DNA from: Balanoglossus misakiensis
Taxonomy: Eukaryota; Animalia; Hemichordata
DNA length: 64,000 bases
Direction: 5' to 3'
Assembly (NCBI GenBank): GCA_040954595.2
Contig: CM082591.2
Coordinates: forward strand, 9,379,309-9,443,308
The position numbers were made by a program, and so were the translations under genes. The notes under the pieces were generated by a model. The model made no database searches and had not been told where the DNA came from. It saw only the letters and a program-made list of their open reading frames with translations. Positions 26,075 to 37,991 of this stretch are shown one piece after another. Within the stretch, counting starts at the first letter, position 1; each line of letters opens with the position of its first letter.

Positions 26075-28423
26075 AACAGTATAGAAAACATTTTCCAATT
26101 TCCGAAAAACCTCTTTTTTACATAATTACTGCTGAAAAAGTTAGAAATTTATGAAAATATTCCCTATTCTTTGCCAATTTCTAATGAGAAAACTACATAA
26201 AGGTATGCTTAGTCTCTTTCTTGCAGCTGTACAGCAGGAAAAATGCATTTTGTCATATTTTGGCTTTAAACTCAAATTAAAATTTATCTGTGAAAAAACT
26301 GAGTCTCCTTCAAAGCCACGTACATGACAGTCCTTTTGATTTTTTTCTAAAGAAATTTTGTCTCCATGTTTATCATGAGTAATATTTCTACTGAAAATTT
26401 GCAAGTGTGTGAATTGTTTGTAAAATTTCGCTAGAAAAAACAATAGCATCAAAAAGTAAATCTGAAACCCAATATTTATTACAAGAATTGTTAGATTAAT
26501 ATCCGTATCACACAAATCCGTTGGATTTCGTATGAATTTTAGGAAATAAGCACTGCTCATTGACAAATCCATATTTTGCAGCTGAAATACTTGGAAAAGA
26601 GTCAGTGGCATGTGAGAGCTTGGAAATTTCCAAGCACTGATAAGGGTCAGTGGTCGGAAATTTCCAGACACTCAGGGAATGTGAGAGCCTTGAAATTTCC
26701 AAGCACTGACAGGGTCGTGGTAGTCCTCCGTACAGGTCTACGTTCTCCCGGCGTTTAATACACGGCTTCCACCACTGTGCTTCCACCACATCTCTGCAAG
26801 GCTCCATGGACAAAACTGATTCGTCTGAGATCCGGATCCGGACAGCAGCTTTTCGGCCGAGATTCGATTTTATCGGGGGGAATCTTTCCCCCGTCTACCC
26901 ACAAATGACTCCAAATATGATGTAATTAACTTCCGAGCCGCTCGCTTTCTGATTTTCTCTTGTGTTTACCTGTTGAGATCGCCATATTGAATACAGTGAG
27001 GTTATCTCAATGGGTAAACACGAAAGTTTCAGAAAGCGAGCGGTTCGGATGTTAGAAGAAGTCAATCGCGGAGTCGGTTATAACCGGTTAGTAGACAGGG
27101 AAAGGATATTCTCCCGATAAAATCGAATTTCGGCGAAAAGCTCTGGTACGGATCTGGACCGCAGACGCACCAGGTTTGTTTAAGGAGCCTTTAAATAGCG
27201 TCACAATGTTCATGACAGGCTTCGCCTACCAACTCCTCTGAGTTAGCCCATACACTAGTTGTTTATTAGGAATTTGTATTGTTTATCTGACATAATTGTT
27301 CTTTCTACTCTGTATACAAAGTCACAACTTCACAACTACCAAATGCTATTGTTCTTGAATTATGCAGTGTTACCAAATGTCACAGTTCAAACCACTGTAT
27401 ATAAAGAAGTATTGGCCATCCCGCCCCTCTCTCTTCATTCCGAACCTATTCCCAAGTGTACGCGGTACATTTGTTGGTGCCGAGACCAGGATGTCGGGCA
27501 TGGAGAGAGATAGAGAAGAACAGCAGAAGAGGCCACCGCAGTCAAATGACCAAACTCATCCGTAGGGTTGAAGATATAAACACAGGCGAAGTTCCTCAAC
27601 AGATCGTTTTCCTAAAGACCATAATTTGAAACATGATAGAGAAACTCAAGATTTCCAAGCACTGACCCTGTCAATGCTTGGAAATTTCCAGGCTCTCACA
27701 TTCCCCGAGTGTCTGGATATTTCCGGCCACTAACCCTGTCAGTGCTTGGCAATTTCTAAGCTCTCACATTCCCTGAGTGTCTGGAAATTTCCGACCACTG
27801 ACCCTTGTCAGTGCTTGGAAATTTCTAAGCTCTCACATTCCCTGAGTGTCTGGAAATTTCCGACCACTGACCCTTGTCAGTGCTTGAAAATGTCCAGGCT
27901 CTCACATTCCCTGAGTGTCTGGAAATTTCCGACCACTGACCCTTGTCAGTGCTTGGAAATTTCCAGGCTCTCACATTCCCTGAGTGTCTGGAAATTTCCG
28001 ACCACTGACCCTTGTCAGTGCTTGGAAATTTCCAGGCTCTCACATTCCCTGAGTGTCTGGAAATTTCCGACCACTGAACCTTGTCAGTGCTTGGAAATTT
28101 CCAGGCTCTCACATTTCCAAGCACTGACCCTTCTGGAGTGACTAGCAATTTTTGCAAATTGTACTATTAATTGAATTCATAATTTAATTATTAGTTTTTT
28201 TCAATGAAATATTCAAATCCATACAACCCAAAGATGGCTCCTTCATTATTTCTATGGAAATTTCACAGTTTATTCTTTTCTTTCTGCACAATCGCAAACA
28301 TCTTGAAAATAATCATAGAAAAATATCGAAATATATTGTACTGTGAACAAAACACTAATTTCCTTGAAAAAAGTTTAAAAAACGGCTACTTTTCGGAAAT
28401 TGGAAAATGTTTTCTATACTGTT
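26075..28423. mobile_element. Foldback-like element with nested inverted repeats
   Basis: Perfect 34-bp IR at 26075-26108 / 28390-28423; 69-bp units at 26608-26714 are inverted relative to the 27651-28131 array; internal imperfect palindrome ~26809-27180. Confidence 0.65.
27651..28131. repeat. Tandem array, ~7 copies of a 69-bp unit
   Basis: Unit gtcagtgcttggaaatttccaggctctcacattccctgagtgtctggaaatttccgaccactgaccctt; explains the 23-aa periodic ORFs on both strands. Confidence 0.95.
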
Positions 28424-28630
28424 CACATTTAAGGAACTTCTTCAAATTGATTTTAAAACTGAAAGACAAACTAGAGAAGGGTACAAATATTGAAAGCAAA
28501 TTCTTAAAACCTAGATATGGGTTTGAACAATCCAGCGACTTTCAGCCAGAGTATGTTATTAACATTTTATTCAAGTTTTGATTAAAATCACTTCAGAAAC
28601 TCTTGACAAATAATAAACACATTGTATAAA

Positions 28631-31197
28631 TAATGTTATCACATACATAGACCTAGTTATCCCTATAGTGTGACGTCACACTATAGGGTTATGACCTTGA
28701 CGAATGCAGATTACACATGTGTTGAATATGCATGCCCGAACTATTTTCTTTATGTAAACAAACAAAAATCAGCTGTTCTCGATCTGAAATATGTCCGATA
28801 CCCAAAAGCGGGAGGGTTATGAAGCACAGGGAAATATGGGGTAATAAAGCACATGTTTTATATGTAAAATGAGCATGTTACCGGACATTTTTGTTCATTT
28901 TAGTTGGGGCGGGAAAATTTGTAGTCTGCTGTTGGTACGATCAGTCAGACGACAGAGCATCATGTCGGCATCACGTCACATAAATATCACCAGCGATCAA
29001 ATTGACAACTTCATCGCCAATCAACGCCGGAAAAACACTGTTAAAGCAACAGCCACTTCAGTTAAGCAATTTAGGACATTTTTACGTAGTATAGAGTGTG
29101 ATCAAGTGGAAGACTTTCATCAGTTGCCACCAGAAATTCTCGATCAACACCTTGCCAAGTTTTTTGTCGGGGCTCGACAGGTAGACGGCGGCGAATATGA
29201 GCCTGACACTCTAACCAGTTATCAACGCGGCATCGATCGCTATTTGACGGAGCAAGGGTGTCGGTATTCGATCTGTAGAGACATTATTTTAAAGAAATCT
29301 CAAGATGCTCTCAGAGCAAAGCGATGCGACTTAAAATCGAAAGGTAAAGGGAAATAAATCCCGAGCTGCCGAACCGCTGACTGACGACGACATCCAGCTT
29401 ATGCGAGACAAGAACATTCTCGGCAACCACAGCCCAGAATCGGTCCTGTATACCGTGTGGTGGAATAACACTAAATTGCTTGGGTTTAGAGCCTGCGATG
29501 AAAACAGAAAATTATGCTGGGGTGACATCGATCTGAAAACCATCACGGCCGGTAGAGAATATTTGGAATTCAGCGAACGAGACAACAAAACACGCAGTGG
29601 CCAATATGGCAACGTTCGTCCGTACGCACCAAAAATGTTCGCGATTGAAGACAAATCCATCTGTCCCGTCGAAACATACAAAATATACCGAGCTCACCGC
29701 CCAGACGACATGTGTGAAGTTTATTGTCCATTCTACCTGGCCATAAATTATAATCCGAGCACCGAAATATGGTATAAACGACAACCAATAGGTAAAAACA
29801 AGTTGGAAAGCATCGTAAAGACGATCACAGAACGGGCAGGAATCAAGGGCCGGAAAACTAACCACAGCGCACGCAAGACCGCGATCCAGAAGCTGAGTGA
29901 GCACGGCATAGCCCCAACCCAAATCATGCAGCTTTCCGGTCATAGAAACGTCCAATCTATAAATTCGTACGCGGTGAACTCTTTGCAGCAGCAAGAAATG
30001 ATGTCGGACATATTGACCGGAGCTGAGGCCGGGAGTCAACTTGTACCGTGCCGGGGCCAACCGTTCACTGCTGCCAGGCCACCACCTCTATCCATATCGG
30101 ACAACAACATCGACCCAACAGCGAATTCCCTGGCTTCTGCGGCAGGCGGGATGTTTTCTGGTGCCTCTCTGACAAATTGCAAGTTAAGCGTCACGCTTAA
30201 CATCGCCGGGGCGTCGAGCAGCACAGCCTGCAGTCAACACGTCGAGCCGCGGAGAAAGCGACGACCGTTCGTCATTTCAGATAGCAGTGACGACACCTCT
30301 CTAGACGTAAAACGTAGGAGAAATGCCATTGTATTCCGATCCCAGGCCCCAAGCGACGACAGTTCACAGGATTTCCAGTAAAATTTGACATTGAATAACT
30401 CTTGTTCAAATTGTTGTTTTGAATATTCCAGCTGAAGTTATTATAAATATTTTCGGTTTCCACGCCGCAACTTCTCTGTTTCGTTCATCTTTGATAAAAT
30501 TTGCGTTAAGATTTTAAACTGACACGTCTTCAATATAAATATTAAACAACCATTTTATTGCTAAATATTTCACAAATTTAAAATTACTAGTAATATGTTA
30601 CTTGCAATTTCTTTCCGAACTGAAGTCAATGAAAATATTCAGTTTTTGCTAATGTCCGTTGTCAACAATGACGCCGCGAAGCTAATACTAGTAACCTTTG
30701 TTGTTTTCTGAATTCGTCGTGTTATCAGTGTTTTCATGAGTATTTACCTACCAAATAAATATCTTCAGTTGAAGTGAAACTTCTTGTCTCTTGTAATTCG
30801 TATGATTTCACACAGGAATTATCCAAATAGTACGTAAATCCTAACATTCAAGGGCCGTTAGCCAACTGTAACAGCTGACCGCGGTTGAACGTCCGGTTCC
30901 ATGTGACCCCGACCGCATAATATGACCCGTCGATCCTTAGAAAATAGTGCCATCTTTTTTTCGCGGAAATGTTTTAAATTCACGATGAAACTCATTTTAA
31001 TGGAAACTGGGTCTATGTATGTGATAAACATATAATTCCCCCGCATTCCTCACTCGTGTGTCTGCGTCGCGAACTCGTGATTCCCCGTATAGCTGTATCC
31101 CTCCTTGCCTGCGGCTCGGAGGGATACGGCCGCTATACGGGGAATCACTCGACCGCGACGCAGACACACTTGTTCGAAATACGGGGGAATTATATAT
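28631..31197 (+). mobile_element. Crypton (tyrosine-recombinase DNA transposon) with IR pair and terminal hairpin
   Basis: 23-bp IR at 28636-28658 / 31005-31027 (22/23 match) brackets the recombinase gene, immediately followed by a 160-bp hairpin at 31033-31192. Confidence 0.8.
28962..30381 (+). pseudogene. Crypton tyrosine recombinase (DUF3504, ZMYM/KCTD1/QRICH1-related) split by one +1 frameshift
   Basis: N-domain NTVKAT..LDQHLAKFF..RQVDGGEYEPDTL; catalytic set GFR, ERDNKTR, NHSARKT, SGHRN, SINSY (R-K-H-R-H-Y). Removing one A at ~29352-29354 restores GKGNKSRAAEPLT and fuses ORFs 28869-29357 and 29401-30381. Confidence 0.9.
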
Positions 31198-32312
31198 AAC
31201 TGTAATCTGCATGCAATACTCATCATACTTGTATCAGACTCAAATATTTACAAAATCAAAACATACGCAAAATTACATACATTTAATGAAGCTGTTCATT
31301 TCATATTGCTGGTTGGCATGTATCAATTACTCGCTTATCACAACCAAATTTATTTCTGGTAAAGATTACCGTAAAACAGGTTATTTTTACGGAAATTTTC
31401 ATGATATCAAAAGAGGCAACTGTTACACGAGGTATAATTTTAACGTTCTCTTATTTTTACTGCATCGTTATATCCAGAAAACATTTTATGCAACTTTTTA
31501 TTTTCACATTTTATGGCTTTCGCGTGTTTCCTGAAAAGTAATTGCTCGCAAAAATAACCCATTTTACAGTATCTCCTTAAAGGGACAAAGTCTCTCTCCA
31601 GCTGCCCCTTTTCCATTAATTATGTTTGAAACAAGACGCCGTTTATGTTATTCTACATGTGGATATATGGTGAATCAACATTCGACCACACACAACTTCC
31701 ATCCCACTTGTATGATATGACAGTAAAAACTCGCCCAAAATGAATAAATGGTAAAGAACGATTATTCATTTTGGCGAGTTTTTTCACTCTCATGTCTACA
31801 ACCGGGATGGAAGGTGTGTGGTCGAACGTTGATTCACTACATATCCACATGTAGAATTACATAAATGGTGTCTTTCTACGTAGGTCTACAAATCAATAGA
31901 TATGAAGGATTTTTTTTCTTCAAAAATATGAGCATGACATCAAACTTTCACCATGTCACCATGTCACCATGGAGATGGTCAGGATTTTTGCAATGACAAA
32001 ACATAAACATGACATGATGCATACATCATAGTATAGTTTTCTATCCTTGTGCATAGTCAAAAATAACTTGTGTGAGCCACTATAATTTTGTTACTGTCAT
32101 ATAACAAACTGCCCAGTTGATCTATCATGCTGAATTAGCCATTGTGATTTTCAGATATAATTTGCATACAACGTTAAACGTGAACAGAAACAGATCAAAC
32201 TCAATTATTGGCCAGAATGACTCACATGTCAGGAAATGGTCAAACCAACTCTTGCCTGGTCACATGATCCGTGCATATGCTTTTTGGCTGGTCCCGATCG
32301 TTAAACAAACAC

Positions 32313-32695
32313 ATAGTCTCGGTTACCCAGACCCCTCTGCTTCTTCCGTTGGGCACTCCGGAAAGAGGGTCGGGGGAAATGCAATATAAAAATCTCCGGG
32401 CAGAGATAGCTGACTTGAGACAAAAACGATGCATGATGGTCGATATTTGTAACATTTGATATAATGATATGACGATGTTAGAAAACTATCTACCGAACTT
32501 CTCTCTCTCTCTTTTCAATTTGTAGACAGTTTTAGCACTTCTCAGCATGTTTTTTTATGTTTGAGGCTGTACCCATCATGCATCGCTTTTGTCTCAAATC
32601 GGCCATCTTTGCCCGGAGATTTGTCTATGGTGTTTCCCCAGACCCTCTTTATGGAGAGACCAACAAAAGAAGCAGACGGGTCTGGGTAACCGAAA
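32313..32695. mobile_element. MITE with TAG-type end (Academ-like); partial second copy at 38308-38585
   Basis: tagtctcggttacccagaccc...gggtctgggtaaccga inverted ends; internal sequence shared with 38308-38585. Confidence 0.7.
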
Positions 32696-33067
32696 GGTGG
32701 GGCGGTGGCTTTGGACATGACATTATTTTCCTACAATAGTTTTATTAAGAAAGCCTGTTTTCTGCTCAATATTTTCCAGTGATACTCAAAATTCTGGTTA
32801 TAGATGAAAGTCTTTGGCTCATATAAATGTGCTGTGATGCGTACATTACGTACATTACAGAGAATTGTACCTTATTTTTTATTTCCGTTGAAATCCATAG
32901 AAGTGAAAACTGCAGTGTACAAATTGCTACATTACGTAAATATGTATGTATGCGAGTTTTATACGAAAAGTGCATTCTATCACTTGGTTAATAATGTCCC
33001 AGGATGTCCTTGAAGAGAATGACTAGTCTAACTTCTTTCCGGGAGTGGATGCAACGATCGATGCAAT

Positions 33068-33406
33068 TTACTTTTTGAGGTAGTTCTCTGCACCTTTGGC
33101 CGTACCAATGCATGACCCACCAGACACGTAGTTGACAAATGGGTGACTGGTCACGCCGCTCCCTGCCTTCAGAGCGCCACCTACGGTTTTATTTCCACTA
33201 ACGGGGATGCTGTGGTCTGCAGTCCACTTTCTGGACATGCGCGCGTCAGTTGCCACGGCTCCCGACGATGGAGTACTGTGAACCAAATACCGGTTTCCGC
33301 GGTCAGTGGTGAGTTGAACTCCGTGGTGTTGGGCCGGCCCACCGCCACCCTGTTTCGGCCGACTAACCGCTTGAGCAGAAATAATCCGTTCGTTCCTCCA
33401 AGACAT
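33068..33406 (-). CDS. 112-aa permuted papain-like (LRAT/PPPDE-type NlpC/P60) protein
   Basis: Uninterrupted ORF MSWRNE...QHHGVQLTTDRGNRYLVH...VATDARMSRKW...KTVGG...NYVSGGSC, giving H..H..C order; a splice acceptor (ctttatcag) lies just upstream of the ATG. Confidence 0.65.
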   Translation of the reverse strand: MSWRNERIISAQAVSRPKQGGGGPAQHHGVQLTTDRGNRYLVHSTPSSGAVATDARMSRKWTADHSIPVSGNKTVGGALKAGSGVTSHPFVNYVSGGSCIGTAKGAENYLKK

Positions 33407-33521
33407 GTTTTTCGGTTTCCTGATAAAGTGAAAATAAAGTGTACACACTCAAGCTTAACCCCTTTCACCACCATGGTCAAGTCCAAATACATTGTTTTCT
33501 ATAGAAAGGTTGGACCATTAA

Positions 33522-34026
33522 AGGCACGTAAGCTGCAACTGGATAAAAAAATAAAGTTTTAAATAATCTCATATATGCTTTTAATTATGTCTATTAAATG
33601 CTATTTCATGATAATATATCAAGCTCAACACTTGTTTATGACAAAATGGCCAAAAATTAAAGAAAAACGAAAATTCCTGCAATTTTTAAAAAAAGTGCAA
33701 TATTGCAATGAAAAATGAAAATCTGATGTCTCAGTGGTGTACATTTACTTCCATGAGCTCAAGTGGATGAGATCATGTTTTGTTTATGAAGTTTCACAAC
33801 CGGAAATGCGACATTCTCATTGTTTCTTGCATTTTCCCACAGTGGCGGCCATAATGGCTTGCGGCAAAGCTTTATTATTTATCTGGTTAAAACTTGCATA
33901 TGCACTCATATTTAGGGTTTATAGTGCTTGTGTATTGTTCACTGCCTTCATCTGCATGGACTAATGGTAGTGCTGTTTGAAACAAAAATTATGAAAATTA
34001 TCCCAAAAGTTACAGCTTACGTGCCT
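33522..34026. mobile_element. TTAA-flanked MITE
   Basis: ttaa|aggcacgtaagctgcaact ... agttacagcttacgtgcct|ttaa. Confidence 0.85.
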
Positions 34027-34174
34027 TTAATGAGGGAACTGGGGGTAAACAGGATAATGTTTCAATATTTCTTTCAACAGAACTGTTAAAGCAATGCGCG
34101 TAAGTCTATGGTGGTTTTCTGGATATCTAGAGAGCCAGTTGTTTGCCATTGGGACCACATGCACCAATGATCCC

Positions 34175-34281
34175 AATCTGACTGAAATCAGATGTAGCGT
34201 TGGCTCGAGTTTCACCTTGCTGATTATTGGCTTTTCTGTTCCCGGATGTACGCCAACCTTACATCTGATTTTAATCAGATT
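34175..34281. mobile_element. ~110-bp mini inverted-repeat element; relative at ~37411-37539
   Basis: aatctgactgaaatcagatgtag...tacatctgattttaatcagatt; the same end motif flanks 37411-37539. Confidence 0.55.
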
Positions 34282-35314
34282 GCAATAAACCTGCTATTTT
34301 GCGCGTGATCGGACACATTTTGTTACATCCTCAGATGCGTTTGTTAATACATCACTGGTGGGATTGTTTGTGTTCGATTTTTTTCTCTGATGTGTTGTTT
34401 TGATTTCCTTCTTTTGCGGTGCATCGTAAGACGTAATCCGGATATCCATGGAACTTTCGGGAGATAGCAACCAGACCGGCAAACGACATATTTCGACATT
34501 AACGGGGAGGGAAGGTGCCAGTGTCTGAGGTGTTAATTTGATTTGAGTTGATTTGAGTTGTTATTTAGGATTGTGCAAAATTAAAGGGACAACGTCCCTT
34601 TCTTACCGTCCTTTTTCCATTAATTGTGTTTGATACAAGACACCGTTCACTTAATGTTATTCTACCGGGTATATGTGGATATATAGTGAATCAACGTTCG
34701 GCCACACACAACTTCCATCCCGTTTTTATGATATGAGAGTAAAAATCTCGCCAAAATGAATAAACGGTAGAGACCAATTGCACATAGGCATATGCCTTAT
34801 ACCTTCTCTTGTAAAAGAACCACAGTCAAGGATTTTGTGCACAGGGGTACTACCGCTACCAGGACAAAACCCAAATATTTTGGTAATTTTGGCAATGACC
34901 TTTGACCTAGTTTTGACACATTATTTTCTGCATATCAAATTCCAGGCAAAGCAATATGGCTAGATAGGGCTCATAAGCATAGTGGGGACTGTCATATTAA
35001 TAATCGAGTTTGGTCATAAGCATAGTGGGGTCTGTCATAATGGTGTTTTATTATATAACAGGCCTAAACCAGCCCAAGAGGCAGTTTTGGCGTTCCATAT
35101 AAGTCTATGTCAAACTTCTCCATTTCAGTTAAATGTGCAAAATGGGGGCGTTAAAAACTACGGGTTAAGGCCCTAGAACAAGATATCCACTCTTTGAAAT
35201 CTTTTTCGGGTTATTTTTGTTCTTTTATCTAGCTTAGTTTATTTTTGTAGTAAAATACATGGTTTATAGACTTGAGTTAATTCATTGGTCAAGACGTTTT
35301 CTGTCACTAACATC

Positions 35315-35950
35315 GATTTGGTGGGTTTGAAATATCCCAGACTCACCTTGTTTGATAAATACGACAGCTTGTATTCACGCAAATATGAGATGGATATCTC
35401 AAAGCGTTAACACAAGACTGCAGTAATTGGCAGAATTAATCTCGTTTTAACCAATTCTTCGAAACGTTCGTAAACGAAACAATGGAAAGCGAAAAACACG
35501 CGCTCATCTATTTTGGGCTATGCTCATTTACTTTTTGCTGACTCACATGAGGTAAATGCAATATTTCTCTCATGCTTCTGGCATATAACTTGTATTGGTG
35601 GGCAGGAGCCATATATACCTAAGAAATATTTCACTTTCGTTTGTTTTCTAACAATTTGCCGTGCATGACTCAGCAAAATGTACATGGGTTATCCCCAAAT
35701 AGGTGAGCAGGTGTTGAAATCGAAAGTGAGGTCGCATTTTAACATGTATTGGTTCACTGTGTCGATTGTATCGATTTAGTGGATTTGAAATATCCCAGAC
35801 CCACCTTGCATGCGAGTTAATACAGCTTGCATTCACGCAAATTTGAGCTGGATATTTCAAAGCGTTAACGCAAGACAGCAATTACTGGTAGAATTACTTT
35901 CGTTTTAATCAATTCTTCGAATTGTCCGTAAAGAAGACAGCGGAAAGTGA
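35315..35950. repeat. Diverged ~180-bp direct repeat, spacing ~455 bp
   Basis: tttgaaatatcccagac.caccttg...tcaaagcgttaac.caagac..ttcttcgaa occurs at ~35325 and ~35783. Confidence 0.7.
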
Positions 35951-37991
35951 AATCGAAAGTGAAGTCGCATTATAACACATTTTGGTTCGCTGTGGCGATT
36001 GCGTTCATGTAATTAACAAATTAGGAACGCAATTTTTAACATCTTAGCATAATTATTAACTAACGGAAATAAATTTAGGTTTAGAATAAAACTGTGGATT
36101 GTACACGATGTGCGATTTAGATGTAAGGATTTGTCCGACCACCACCATTTGCACATGTTGTTAATCCGCAACATATTGATTTTCTTACCTTGGCTTGGGT
36201 CCACCAAATAAATCAACTCTATTAAGATTGAAAGTTTTCTTCAGAACAGGACCTTGTCTTTTGAAGAGGACGTCCTGATAAAGCCCAGCAGAGAACTGGA
36301 TCTAGATCTGGTCTGATCCGGTTCCCCGCAAAGGATTCTGTGACGTATATTTTGAAAACACAGCCAATCGCCGTTTGGATATTTAAATATTTTCTACAGT
36401 TGGGTTTATTTATCAGTGATTGCATCATGCCATGATAAAATACATGTAACTTTGAAAATAGTTTTGCAGTTTCTTTAGGTATATCCCTTATATAGATTCG
36501 TTCATTTTGTGCTATCAGGAATTTTCTATTTTTAGTATTTTGGTTTTAATTTCTTCATTGTTGGTCCACATTTATTCATATGTAAATCACTTGCCCATTT
36601 TTTTTTTATTTAGGGGAAGTTGCCGCAGGAACATTCTCTCAGATTTGTTCAAATCATGTTGAAGGTATCGATATTGTATTTGTGGGGGCAATTTTTCCAA
36701 ATAGTCCATTGCTTGTCCGAATTCTTTAAAGGGACAAAGCCTCTCTCACACTGCCCTTTTCCCATTAATTCTGTTTGATACAAGACACCCCTTTGTAGGA
36801 TATGAGAGTAAAAAATCTCGCCAACATGAATATTCAGTAGAGACCGATTATTCATTTTGGCGATTTCTTTTCACTTTCGCGTCTACAAGTGGGATGGAAG
36901 TTGTGTGTGGTTGAACGTTGATTCACTATATATCCACATAAACGATGTCATGTATCAAACATAATTAATATAAAAGGGTAGCGAGAGAGAGAGAGACTTT
37001 GTGCCTTTAAAATTTGGTTTGAGTAACATTGTCCTCAGATTACCCAAATTATGGTGAGCATATCAACATTATTGTAAGTGTTAGGGACAATTTTTGCCAT
37101 TTTGGTTGAAATGTCATTTCTACTAGGAAACATTTAACATGAAAATGTACTGCCGAATTCAAGTACACTTAAATGCTCTGAATTTTCTTAAACTTTCTGG
37201 AGATATTGTCCTAACATAGACTAGCTTGTATTTTGAGTCTCTGTTAGTTTTCTAGTCAATGAGCTGCAAATTTACATATTTAATGATCTTGTTATTAGAG
37301 AACATATCTGTGGTTGAGTTACAATTAATAGAAGGGGGAACGTTTAATATTTCGCAGTTGACATGGAGATGTGGATAGACTACCATAGATGGTGTTGACG
37401 GCGCGAGTTCAATGTAATGAAAATCAGATGTAGGGTACGGCGACGTTTTTTACTTCGCGGTACGGTATTCTTATGCTGTCGCCTCATACTTAGTGTGTAA
37501 AAGACGTCGCTGTAGTCTGCATCTGATTTTAATCAGATTGATACAAGTTAAGAGTAGCGCATCATACACACTGAACACACTGCTAAGACACAAGGCCAAA
37601 GAGTACATTTTCCTGATAACGATTGTCCATGATGTGCACAATGACAGAGTAAGAAATTGATCCCACAAGATGATGGATACTACATCTGTAAAAATATGCG
37701 CATCAGTCATTTTGTGCTATTCGTGGCTATTAAGTAATATTTTCGGTATAAAAAGTCAATGTTTAGTAGAAATTGCCCCTAATTGCTGCTTTGCCCTACA
37801 GGTGACCTATATTCTGTATTCTTATACTCACTTTTATAATCATTCATGGTCATTTCACAGGTATATCTGTAGGAAAATCGGCATTATTGTAAGCCTAAAA
37901 ATCACGTCTGGGTGGTATTTTATGCTGGCTTTTAAGGTGTTGGACATATATTCTATACTAGTCCCGCCACGCCCAATACGATGCTGACAAT

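Noticed and set aside
27651-28131. CRISPR-like array or repeat-protein ORFs (27746-28141, 27825-28157)
   Set aside because: Units are near-identical head-to-tail with no unique spacers, there are no cas genes and the context is eukaryotic; the ORFs arise from a stop-free 69-bp period
29331-30224. Minus-strand ORFs over the Crypton gene
   Set aside because: Antisense shadows of a GC-richer coding region with no recognisable motifs
30997-31534. Mirror ORFs on both strands (SASR..DSPYS..IPP)
   Set aside because: Artefact of the 160-bp hairpin
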